From Vitrella brassicaformis CCMP3155 (Eukaryota; Protista; Chromerida), in contig CDMY01000364.1 of assembly GCA_001179505.1 (NCBI GenBank), forward strand, positions 1 through 64,000: 64,000 bases of DNA. The letters are read 5' to 3'. Each line of letters begins with the position of its first letter. Position 1 is the first letter of the stretch. The notes under the pieces were generated by a model that worked only from the letters and a program-made list of their open reading frames with translations, did not search any database and was not told the origin of the DNA. Positions 1 through 11,078 of the stretch are shown piece after piece. The position numbers were made by a program, and so were the translations under genes.

Positions 1-1584
1 ACGAGGAGGTGCAGCAGCAGAAGCACCAGTACGACGGCCTCATCAAGGAAGTCATGGTAGGCAGAGAGGGGGAGAGATCAGGGCGAAAGATCTTCGTCAG
101 TGTGTGTCTGTGTGTCTGTGGGCTCTTTAGGCTGTGAGTGCCTTCCTGAAGCCCGTCAGTGGCGACGATCCCATTCGCTCGGTGGAGGTCTGTGGCCATC
201 TCATCGCGACGGCCGAGTCCACACTCACTGAGATGGGCAACGTCGCACTGGCGAGCAGATTCCAGCTGTAAGTGACCACCACACACACACCACACACGAG
301 GCGGGCAGGGAACAGTCGCTCCCTCTTTGGTCGCTTTGTGTGTGTGGCCAGGTGGCCCGCTGCCGTCGAGGACGTGTCGGAGGAGCACATCCGTCGACTG
401 GTCGACTACCACCGCCGCAAACGACACGCCGCCGCCGTCGCTGACGAGTGTCTGCAGGGCTGCGTGGCTGTGCCGCTCAAGATGGGCAACGGCCCCAAGC
501 AGGACTTCTTCAACAAGACAGCCGCCATGTACGGTGTCGATCTCAGTGGCATCGATCTCAGGTAACCCTGCCCAATGATCATACTTATTCTTACCCTCTG
601 CGTGTCTGTGCAGCGTCGAGACTGAGGAGAGTGCGGAGGTGGTGCAGCAGGGCACAACCACGGCCGCGGCCAAGAAGGCGGCCAAGAAGCTCAAGGTGCG
701 GCTGATTCGATCCATCGGCGGTGCCTGGTGTGCCATCTTGTGTCGTTGCTGTGTTGGGTTGGGTTTAGGATTCCAACGAGCCCAAGAGGGCCCGTAGCGC
801 ATTCATTCTGTTCACGATGGACCGCCGCGACGAACTCATCGCGCAAGATCCTAACTTGTATGGGCGCGTGACGGTACGCTCACACTCTCACAGACACACA
901 ACGCACCGACCGATGCCCATCAAGCTGACAGCGGCCATCCATCTGCGTGTGTGTGTGTTGTCTGGATGGATCGATGTCTTCGTCACTCAGGAGGTGTCCA
1001 AGATATGTGGGGCCGAGTGGAAGAGCATGACGGACGAGCAGCGCAACTCTTACAAGATCAAAGCCGAGAAGGACAAGGTCAGACACACACCAACACACAC
1101 ACACACAGACACAGACACAGGGGGGTCAGTTCTTGTGCACGGCGCCCTATGTGTATGTATTGTCTGTGCGTCAGGCGCGTTACGAGCGGGAGATCATCGA
1201 GTACCACAAGCAATTGGCGGCCGTTGACGGAGATCCTCAGCCCGGTGGCATCTCGCGCGACCAAGTCATGCAGAAGCCCGTCGTCTTGCCCAAGTTTCCC
1301 CTCGGCGGCAAGGGCAAGGCCACGGACAAATCCGCACCGCCGCCCTGGGCCAGGCCGGCCGCCAAGAAGGTCAAGGTACGCGGCAACATTCCCAGCATCC
1401 AAGAGGCGCTGGACGAGGCCATCGCGGGGCCGGCGCCCATCCCCAGCAAGATGGGCCAGAAGGCCAGCGCTGCCAAGACGGAGACACAGGAGGACATGGT
1501 ATGCTGGCACACATCGGCTCACGTGACTGCATACCCATTACCATCTTTCTGTGTGTTCTGAGGCGCTAGGGTGACGATGGCTGA
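1..1584 (+). CDS. 3' part of a tandem-BTB (KCTD-type) cassette gene fused to an HMG-box; 5' end outside window
   Basis: Exons encode DPIRSVEVCGHLIATAESTL...RLVDYHRRKRH...YGVDLSGIDLR (second BTB-like unit, same as 11880-12287). A phase-2 intron (563-613) leads to SVETEES..., then an HMG box PKRARSAFILFTMDRRDEL...EVSKICGAEWKSMTDEQRNSYKIKAEKDKARYEREI. Predicted stop at about 1584. Confidence 0.75.
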
Positions 1585-2446
1585 CGAGACAATGCATCAA
1601 CGTGAGTGTAGTAAGCACAACCGACAGCACAGAAGAGAGAGAGAGATCGAGGGAAGGCCGCTACGCACCGGTACCCATATGGCCTTTTTCGTTCCGTCAG
1701 GAGCAACCGCGTACGCCTTACTGCCGACGCGCACCCAGCCACGAGACTGCCATGAGCCAACACAGACATCTGAGAGTTTGTAGCTTTCGAATTGCATGAG
1801 TACTGAGTGTCTGACGTGGTGTGTGTGACACTGAATGGAATGCCCTTCATTCATCGAGGATTCCATCACACGCCCACACACACAAGGACACACAGAGACC
1901 AGGCTACTCACACGGACCAGCACCAAGATGCCGACACTCAGGGAGACCAGAAACAGAGACACGTGTGACTGGCACACGCGGGCAGCACCTACGACCGAAA
2001 AGCAGCCTCTCGAAGACAAGACAGACACACAGACAGACACGCAGGCAGACACTCACGTGTGTGTATTAGATTCACAGAAAAGTCACTCATTACATGGCGC
2101 CCCAGCGGAAATGCATAAGAGACCACCAGTTGCGCCTAGCGGGCCAAAGGATAGTGCCTGTCTGCAGTTTGATTCGCCTGACCTCACCCTCCCGTCTGAC
2201 CGACCAGTGTTAGTCTCACCAGACACATGACCAATGGCTGTGCGTCGTGCACACAGATCAATTGCTTCAATGGATCATGACGCCCAGCCACTCAGCCATC
2301 GATCACGAGAGCGATATCAACTGTCTCGAGAAAGAGCGACAAGCGACCGATGAATCGTGTAGGATAAAAGCCCCCTCACACACACACACACACACACACG
2401 GCAAGAGAAGGCAGATAACATTAATGCACCACGAGCGAGCGGCCGA

Positions 2447-3460
2447 TCAGCTATCCAAAATGCCGATCAACCTGAGCTGCGTGAAGCTGCCATAAGGGTC
2501 GATAAGGCGCCTCGTCTCCCCCTCCCGCATCTGCAGCAGCGCCTCGTCGAGCCAGCACCACAGACTCGACACTCGACACACACCCGCACGGCCATGGAAG
2601 ACTTTGTTGTTGCCGTCGAATGCATCCCGCCACACATCAATGTCGACCTCGACGCTGTCATTGAGTGCCGGCACATTGCCGGTGCCCTCCTGCACCACCT
2701 CATGTTGACATCCAGAGGGCGATCTGCCGATGACACACGCAGAGCCAATGAGCATCTGTAGCTGAGGCGTGAGAGTGAGAGAGAGAGAGGTACTGCTCAC
2801 GTCTGGTCGTTTGGCGCGTCTGTGGCGTTAATTTCGTTCGGCGGGCGCGGCACAAAGTCAAAGTCGGACTCCTGCTGGCGCTGCTGGCGAGCAGTGAGGG
2901 GTGGGTCTTGGCCGCTCGGGGGGACAGCTGGGGTTGTCGGGTCAGTCGGTGCTGCCGCAGTGGCCGTCCGCAGTTGCTCGACAATGTCACGGAGGCCGTA
3001 GTTGATGTGCACATCGGATTGTGAGGTCTCGCGCCTGATTGACAGAAACACACACACATGAGGAGAAAGCCATTTATGCTATGGCCTGGCTGTTGGTTGG
3101 TTGCCTGCAGGTCGGGCAGACGGCAAAAGGGTGGCCATGAGGGTGGCTGCCAATGAGGCCCTCAACACACTGCAGACACACAGACGGACAGAGGGATAGC
3201 GACCAAAGACACAAGGGTCCCTCACTGAGGCGTGAGTGCCGTCTGTCTGTGTGTACCGCTGCGCAGAAGGAGTGACCTGAAAGAGGACGGATGGACCATG
3301 ACACACACACGAACACACTACAAGTGAATTGTCGGTCCTCCCCTCCCTCCCTCTCTCTGTGTGTTTCTCACTGACCGCATCGGAGCCCATGAGGCTGCCT
3401 GTGGGCGTCCTCATGGTGGTACTCCTCCAGACAGACTCCACACTGGGGGATGGAGGCCAT
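2447..3460 (-). CDS. RING finger + UIM-like linker + FKBP-like domain (RING cassette copy 1)
   Basis: MASIPQCGVCLEEYHHEDAHRQPHGLRCG|HSFCAA|CVEGLIG...AVCPTCR gives a C3HC4 RING pattern, followed by INYGLRDIVEQL. A phase-2 intron joins to PSGCQHEVVQEGTGNVPALND...EALLQMREGETRRLI...LRLIGILDS. The model needs one GC-AG intron at 3104. Confidence 0.75.
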
Positions 3461-3849
3461 CTCGCGTCAGATCTGCCGCACACAACGGGCAACAAAGAGG
3501 TGTGTGTCACTGTCGGATGGTGTGGACGGAGAGAAGGCATAGATTCCCCGCTCACCGGGCTATTCTGTGGGTCGCTTTCCAAGGGCGGTGCGCGTGTGAA
3601 TGGCCAGATCTTGACCCGGATGGACGCGCGAGTCAGACAGAGCCCTTTCTGGGAGCGCGGAAAAGAGGCCAACGAGGGGAAAAGGAACAGGCAATCTGAG
3701 ACCTCTACTGTAGGGTTTTGTGGGCCAGCCCCCAACTTGAGACTCGCGAGCGGCGACGAGGCTGAGGCTGCCACTGGCGAGAGTCTGTTTTGCTGATCGT
3801 AGAGTTGTGTGAGGCCGACCAGAGCCCCCCAGCCGACATCCGGACAAAG

Positions 3850-5316
3850 ATGAGCAAACAGGTAAGTGGACGCACAAGACAGCTCAGGGATCAGCTCAGC
3901 GATGTCGAGTCCGTCAAGTATATCATCGACAGGGACGAGCACGTCCTCACACACGACAAGGACGGGGTAGGGACAATAGAAAGAGCATCGGTATGCACTC
4001 AAGAGGCTTTGTTCTTCATTCGTACAGACAACACCGTTCATGTATGCTGCTGTTAACGGACAAGTTGAGGTGATGTCGGTCCTGTATGCCAAGGATAGCA
4101 ACCTACTCACTCAGAAGAACTCTGTAGACACACTCCTCTTCCCTCTACCGCCGTGTCCATTGCCATCCTCTGTGCATGACACACACACAGGATGGCGGGA
4201 CGGCGCTGCATTTCGCTGCTAAGACCGACCACACTGCCGTTGTGACGCAACTGTGAGAGACACAGACAAAAGTTATCATTTCATCATCCACACAAGCTTT
4301 GTCTTTTAAATTCAGGCTCAAGTGGGGAGGCCGTGACTTGGCAGACTTGCTCGATGCACGCACCAATGTAGCACAGCGTGCATGTCTTTGACATATAATG
4401 TGTCCACTATTGTGTGTAAGCATATGTTGATTGCAGGACGGTTGGACGCCATTCATCGTCGCTGCAGGCTGCGGTCAACTTGGCGCGATGAAGCTCATCC
4501 ATGCGAAAGGAGGCGACGACCTTCTCATGCAGAAAACCTATGTAAGCTGCGTCCATAGAGAACTGACTGCCTTTCTCTCTGTGGCTATTGCCTTGTGGAT
4601 GGCAACTACAGGACGACTGGACGGCGCTCCACTGGGCTGCACACGGGGGGCGTTATGCGGTTGTCGCCCAACTGTGAGAAGTGCTCATCCCCTCTCCGAC
4701 GCGGACTCTTCATCTCCTCTTTTTTCGTTGCATGACTCAGGCTCGAGTGGGGTGGTGGCCGTGAAATGCTCGATGCACGGAACGAGGTGGAAGGGCACAC
4801 TTGTCTCCACACGCTCGTTCATGTGGCGATGTGTGTGTGTTGGTTGCAGAATGGCCTGACCCCATTCATCGTCGCTGCTGGCTGTGGTCAAGTCAGTGTG
4901 CTGAAGCTCATCCATGCTGAAGGCGGCAACAGTCTCCTCAAGGATAAGACCCATGTGAGAGAAGGGAGATAAAGGCAGACAGAATGCTGGTGTCCCCCTG
5001 TGTGTTGTGTGTGACAATAGACTGGGAACACGGCGCTGCATCTGGCTGGCATGCAGGGCCATACTTCCGTTGTGAAACAGCTGTGAGCCACGAGTGAATC
5101 ACCCACTTTCGGTGTCTTTGTTTTTCTCCTATGGTGCCATATGTCTGTAGGTTGGAGTGGGGCGGCGGGGCTCTCCTCAACATGAAGAACAACAAAGTAC
5201 TTGACATTTGCCTCACGTAATCGGTCTTCAAGAACTTTCTCCTTTTACAGGGGGAAACGCCATGGGACACCGCGACGAGCTCCGCGAGACAAACCATGGC
5301 TAGCTACAAGAAGTAG
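3850..5316 (+). CDS. Ankyrin-repeat protein (multi-exon, about 5-6 repeats; 5' end uncertain)
   Basis: Exons encode TPFMYAAVNGQVEVM, GTALHFAAKTDHTAVV, GWTPFIVAAGCGQLGAM, WTALHWAAHGGRYAVV, GLTPFIVAAGCGQVSVL, GNTALHLAGMQGHTSVV and GETPWD; stop TAG at 5314-5316. Confidence 0.85.
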
Positions 5317-6158
5317 GTACTCGGCGGTGTGTGAGTTTTGCTTCAAGCCTAAGTCGGCCGGATAGCTTTTGGGGTGTGTGGTGCACATCGGTCTTCGTCA
5401 GGGTGATGAATGGATGTGTGTGGGCGTCTGTGTGTGGGGGCGGCGCCTGTCTGTTTGCCCATGTGTCTGTGTGCCCATGTGTCTGTGCACACATGTAGTA
5501 TCAACGGTGATGTGTGTGAAGACTGGTTGTGCGACAGGGAGGCTCTTGATTTGCGCCGTGTTGGTTGGCAGTTTACAGAAGTGGTTGAGAGCCCACAGAG
5601 AGAGAGGGAGAGACAACCGATGGGCGCAGAAGGTGAATGAACGGGTTTGTGCGAAGCACACACACGCACACACGCAGAGTGCACACATGGAGTTCAGACA
5701 CACGAACGTCACATACGCACACACATAACACACAAACAGACAGGCAGGCAGGCAGGCAGGGAAGCGCCAGCTAATCGACAGGCAGAGACCACCAGAGCAC
5801 AAGAGACCACCAGACTGTGCCGCACCGACAAACAGACACCAGACAAATGGCCTAACTAATGGCGAAGAAGAAAGATGATGGCAGTAGAACAAAGCCTCTC
5901 TTGACAGCACGACTGGCATGAATATGAGCACTCACCGCATGCAGACAAAAAGCGGCCGTGACCAAAAACCCATCACGACACGCACAGAGAGGCCCATACA
6001 TGGTGTGTGCTTCTTTGGTTCAGTACACACGCGCACAGCAAACGTTCTACTTATCCGTCCATGTGTCAGAATAGAGGCTGGCACACACATACGCTACGAG
6101 AACACCCTCCCCTATTCACACAAAACAGCACGACAGACACCAATCGACGCGCTCACAC

Positions 6159-6190
<32 letters not shown>

Positions 6191-6464
6191 TGAGGGGGGC
6201 TGTGAGTGGCCGGCCGACCGATATCGGTGCAGAGCACACTTACTCCTCCGCTCGTGGCAGGCAGGCAGGCAGGTAGACACAGCCAGACACAGACTCAGGG
6301 AGGGGAAGACGTGTCTGCCTGGCGAACAAAAACAAAACACATTCCCTCCTTCCCTCCAACCCGAGGCACACAGTCAGCCAGGCGATGAGGGAAGAGCCCC
6401 CGGCCACACACATGAGTGTGTGACACACACAGCCGCCCCCACGTGTGTGTGTGGACACTCTCTT

Positions 6465-7703
6465 CTATTCTATGCTGACCAAACGCAGCTCAACGTAGCG
6501 GCCAAAGAATCCGTCTGGCTCGATGATTTGCCTGACTTCCCCTTCTCGCATCGACAGCACCGCCTCACGCCGCCACTCATTCAGACGAGACACAGGACAC
6601 ACCAGCCCACGGAAATCGTAGGCTTTGTCCTGGCCGTCGGATCGATCACGCCAAACATCCCATTCGGCCTTGACGCGGTCGTTGGCTGTGGGCACTCTGC
6701 CGGTGCCCTCCGTGACAATGCGATACCGAGCACCCAACGGGGTCATAGTGAAGGCAGGACCGTTGTTGGTTGTCATTGGCACCGATCTGCGGATTCGACG
6801 ACGCGGGGGCGGGGGAAAGGGAGGGCCGTATGCAGACTGCTGGCCTCCGAATCCAAATCCGTCGCCACGACCGTCACCAATACCAGAATAGATCGCCATT
6901 TCACGCCCAACGTTGTCATTCATCTCTCTCAGATGTCGAGAGACCCACTTCCGTTGGCGACACTGCCGATGGCACACACAGACGCACCCACACAGACACA
7001 CAAAGCCAATGACCATCTATGATGACGCACGTGCGAGAGAGAGGTGCTGCTCACGTCGGGCTCGGCGAGTCTGTGGCATTGATTTCGTTCGACAACGGCA
7101 CCTCAAAGGTATAGTCGGCATTCTCCTGCTGGCGCCGCTGGCGAGCAGTGAGGGGTGCGTCTTGGCCGCTCGGGGGGACAGCTGGGGTCGTCGGGTCAGT
7201 CGGTGCTGCCGCAGTGGCCTTCCGCAGTTGCTCGACAATGTCACGGAGGCCGTAGTTGATGTGCACATCAGACTGTGGAGTTTCGCGCCTGATTGACAGG
7301 ACCACACATGAGAGCAGTCAAGCCATTACTAACGTGGTCTAGCTGCTGGTTGGTTGGCGTGCCTGCAAGTTGGGCAGACGGCAAAAGGGTGGCCATGAGG
7401 ATGGCTGCCAATGCGGCCCTCAACACACTGCCGACCCACAGACAGCGACCAAAGACACATGAGTTCTCACTGAGGAGTGAGTGCCGTCTGTCTGTGAGTA
7501 CCGCTGCGCAGAAGGAGTGACCTGATGGAGGACGGATGGACCATGACACACACGCCAACACACTACAAGTGACTTGTCGGTCCTCCCCTCCCTCACTCTC
7601 TCTGTGTTTCCCACTGACCGCATCGGAGCCCATGAGGCTGCCTGTGGGCATCCTCGTGATGGTAGTCCTCCAGACAGACGCCACACTGTGGAAGGGGAGC
7701 CAT
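6465..7703 (-). CDS. RING finger + UIM-like linker + FKBP-like domain (RING cassette copy 2)
   Basis: MAPLPQCGVCLEDYHHEDAHRQPHGLRCG|HSFCAA|CVEG...VCPTCR, then INYGLRDIVEQL, then FKBP exon PLGARYRIVTEGTGRVPTANDRVK...EAVLSMREGEVRQII...YVELRLVSIE*. Confidence 0.75.
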
Positions 7704-7969
7704 CTCGCGGCAGATCTGCCGCACACACCGGGCAACAGAGAGGTGTGTGTCACTGTCAGATTGGTGTGGACGGAGGGAAGGCATCGATTGCCGGCTCACC
7801 TGTCCTCCTCTGTGTCGCTTAACCACGGGCGGTGCGCGTCTGAATGGCCAGATCTTGACCCGCATGGACGAGTGAGTCAGACAGAGCCCTTTCCGGCAGC
7901 GCGAGGAGGCCAACGGAGGGGAAAGGAACACCGAAGGTTGGTTGGTGATTGTGTTTAACGAAAGTCAGA

Positions 7970-8050
7970 TCCTAAACCCTGTGGGCCGCAAATGTAGGGT
8001 TTGGGCAATTCAGGGTTTCTGGGGGGCCGATTAGGGTTTCAAACCCTGAA
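7970..8050. promoter_or_regulatory. Cluster of telomere-like motifs (TAGGGTTT, TTCAGGG, AAACCCT) plus TGGGCC in the divergent RING/BTB intergenic region
   Basis: ctaaaccctgtgggcc...tagggttt...ttcagggttt... and the perfect palindrome AGGGTTTCAAACCCT at 8033-8047, between divergent ATGs at 7703 (-) and 8131 (+). Regulatory role is inferred. Confidence 0.45.
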
Positions 8051-8130
8051 GGGAGATCGGCAGGAGCAGATCTATTGTTTCTCCTTTCGTCTGTCCTTCT
8101 GTGTGTGTCAGTATTGGTCATCCTGTGGCC

Positions 8131-8501
8131 ATGGAGCCGCTCACTCGAGTGAATGCGACATCGCAGCTCGACCGCCACGTCGTCACGCTGCTCGAGTCCC
8201 TTGATGAGCGGCGCAAGGACAACACCTACGACATCAGCAAAGCCCTGACGCAGCATGGCGCATCTGACGGCTCGGCGGCCTCTGGTGACGATATGCTCGA
8301 ACTGAATGTCGGCGGGAGTCAGTCGTGTGTTCGCCGAAAGCACCTGACGAGCATCGAGGGCACTGTGCTGGCGGCCCTGTTCTCGGGCCGGTGGGACGGG
8401 CGGCTCATTCGCGGCGCTGACAATCGCATGTTCATCGACATGGAGTCCGAGGCGTTCGAGAAGGTCCGCAACACGCTGTTTGAGGGCGGCAAGGCGGCCG
8501 T
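8131..8501 (+). CDS. BTB/POZ (KCTD-type) cassette, N-terminal part, cut by assembly gap
   Basis: MEPLTRVNAT...LELNVGGSQSCVRRKHLTSIEGTVLAALFSGRWDGRLIRGADNRMFID; N run starts at 8502. Confidence 0.8.
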
Positions 8502-8801
8502 NNNNNNNNNNNNNNNNNNNNNNNNNNNNNNNNNNNNNNNNNNNNNNNNNNNNNNNNNNNNNNNNNNNNNNNNNNNNNNNNNNNNNNNNNNNNNNNNNNN
8601 NNNNNNNNNNNNNNNNNNNNNNNNNNNNNNNNNNNNNNNNNNNNNNNNNNNNNNNNNNNNNNNNNNNNNNNNNNNNNNNNNNNNNNNNNNNNNNNNNNNN
8701 NNNNNNNNNNNNNNNNNNNNNNNNNNNNNNNNNNNNNNNNNNNNNNNNNNNNNNNNNNNNNNNNNNNNNNNNNNNNNNNNNNNNNNNNNNNNNNNNNNNN
8801 N

Positions 8802-9168
8802 GCTGCCGGCGGAACGGCGGGAGTTTGTCGCACAACGCCACCTTCTCGAACGCCTCGGACTCCATGTCGATGAAAATGCGATTGTCTGCGTCGCGAATGA
8901 GCCGCCCGTCCCACCGGCCCGAAAACAGGGCCGCCAGCACAGTGCCCTCGATGCTCGTCAGGTGCTTTCGGCGGACACACGACTGACTCCCGCCGACATT
9001 CAGTTCGAGCATATCGTCGCCAGAGGCCGCCGAGCCGTCAGATGCGCCATACTGGGCCATCGCTTTGGTGATGTCATAGTCCTTGCGCAGGGCGTCGAGC
9101 CCCTCCAGCAGCGTGACGACGTGGCGGTCGAGCTGCGACGTCGCATTGACGCGAGTGAACGGCTTCAT
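8802..9168 (-). CDS. BTB/POZ cassette, N-terminal part, inverted copy, cut by gap
   Basis: MKPFTRVNAT...LNVGGSQSCVRRKH...FSGRWDGRLIRDADNRIFIDMESEAFEKV running into the N gap. Confidence 0.75.
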
Positions 9169-9450
9169 GGCCACAGGGTGACCAATACTGACACAGAGAG
9201 AGAGAGAGGAAAAGAGAAACGATAGATCTATCACGTAGAGGCCCTGCACCGTCTGGATGCCCTTTGTGAGCCTCCATCTTACCTCTCCCCTCTTATCCTC
9301 TACGGGCTCAAAGCGGAAAGGGGTGAGGCGAAGAGCGTAGTTGTTGTTGAGGTAAGTGAACTCAAACAGCTGCAGCACAATCTCCTCACACACCCGGCAT
9401 GTGCATCCTACCTTCTGTCTGTTGGTCTCTGTGCCCTTCATTTCTCAGTC

Positions 9451-10288
9451 ATGGAGCCGCTCACTCGAGTGAATGCCACATCGCAGCTGGACCTCCAGGT
9501 CGTCACGCTGCTCGAGTCCCTTGATGAGCGGCGCAAGGACAACACCTACGACATCAGCAAAGCCCTGACGCAGCATGGCGCATCTGACGGCTCGGCGGCC
9601 TCTGGTGACGATATGCTCGAACTGAATGTCGGCGGGAGTCAGTCGTGTGTTCGCCGAAAGCACCTGACGAGCATCGAGGGCACTGTGCTGGCGGCCCTGT
9701 TCTCGGGCCGGTGGGACGGGCGGCTCATTCGCGGCGCTGACAATCGCATGTTCATCGACATGGAGTCCGAGGCGTTCGAGAAGGTCCGCAACACGCTGTT
9801 TGAGGGCGGCAAGGCGGCCGTTGACCTGCTCATCACAGAGATAGCCAACCGCAACTACAGAGGTACTCACGGCAACGAGATGAGTGCAATGTGTGTGTGT
9901 GGACGGCCTGTGCCTCTGCCCCTTTGTGTGTGTGCAGGTCTTCATGACTTCTGGGTGCGTCGGCTGCTGTCGCCCATCGAGAAGCCCTCCCGCAAGCGCA
10001 TCCGCACCGACGAGGCGCCCTCGGTGTCGGCCGGCGGCGTGGATGAGCTGCGGGGGTTCTGCAAGACCGTCGAGTCGTTCCTCAAGGGCTACTTGGCGGA
10101 GAAGGGCAAAGTGGACGAGGAGGTGCAGCAGCAGAAGCACCAGTACGACGGCCTCATCAAGGAAGTCATGGTAGGCAGAGAGGGGGAGGGATCAGGGCGA
10201 AAGATCTTCGTCAGTGTGTGTCTGTGTTTCTGTGTGCTCTTTAGGCTGTGAGTGCCTTCCTGAAGCCCGTCAGTGGTGACGATCCCAT
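9451..10288 (+). CDS. Tandem-BTB cassette gene, partial (gap at 3' end)
   Basis: ORF 9451 (MEPLTRVN...NVGG...) is near-identical to ORF 11079 at offset 1628. Confidence 0.8.
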
Positions 10289-10588
10289 NNNNNNNNNNNN
10301 NNNNNNNNNNNNNNNNNNNNNNNNNNNNNNNNNNNNNNNNNNNNNNNNNNNNNNNNNNNNNNNNNNNNNNNNNNNNNNNNNNNNNNNNNNNNNNNNNNNN
10401 NNNNNNNNNNNNNNNNNNNNNNNNNNNNNNNNNNNNNNNNNNNNNNNNNNNNNNNNNNNNNNNNNNNNNNNNNNNNNNNNNNNNNNNNNNNNNNNNNNNN
10501 NNNNNNNNNNNNNNNNNNNNNNNNNNNNNNNNNNNNNNNNNNNNNNNNNNNNNNNNNNNNNNNNNNNNNNNNNNNNNNNNNNNNNNNN

Positions 10589-10796
10589 GGTGCTTTCGGC
10601 GGACACACGACTGACTCCCGCCGACATTCAGTTCGAGCATATCGTCGCCAGAGGCCGCCGAGCCGTCAGATGCGCCATACTGGGCCATCGCTTTGGTGAT
10701 GTCATAGTCCTTGCGCAGGGCGTCGAGCCCCTCCAGCAGCGTGACGACGTGGCGGTCGAGCTGCGACGTCGCATTGACGCGAGTGAACGGCTTCAT
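10589..10796 (-). CDS. BTB/POZ cassette fragment, inverted copy, cut by gap
   Basis: Near-identical to the 8961-9168 copy (MKPFTRVNAT...VRRKH) at offset 1628. Confidence 0.65.
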
Positions 10797-11078
10797 GGCC
10801 ACAGGGTGACCAATACTGACACAGAGAGAGAGAGAGGAAAAGAGAAACGATAGATCTATCACGTAGAGGCCCTGCACCGTCTGGATGCCCTTTGTGAGCC
10901 TCCATCTTACCTCTCCCCTCTTATCCTCTACGGGCTCAAAGCGGAAAGGGGTGAGGCGAAGAGCGTAGTTGTTGTTGAGGTAAGTGAACTCAAACAGCTG
11001 CAGCACAATCTCCTCACACACCCGGCATGTGCATCCTACCTTCTGTCTGTTGGTCTCTGTGCCCTTCATTTCTCAGTC

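Noticed and set aside
5300-6400. Dense (CA)n, (AG)n, (GGCA)n, (GACA)n and (CCAA)n tracts here and throughout
   Set aside because: Ordinary intron and intergenic microsatellites for this genome type; no spacer-repeat (CRISPR-like) structure.
7972-11069. Long ORFs of 326-489 aa spanning 8000-11000, and similar ones at 19679-20715
   Set aside because: They run through N gaps (X stretches) and join opposite-orientation fragments; they are artefacts of the ORF caller.
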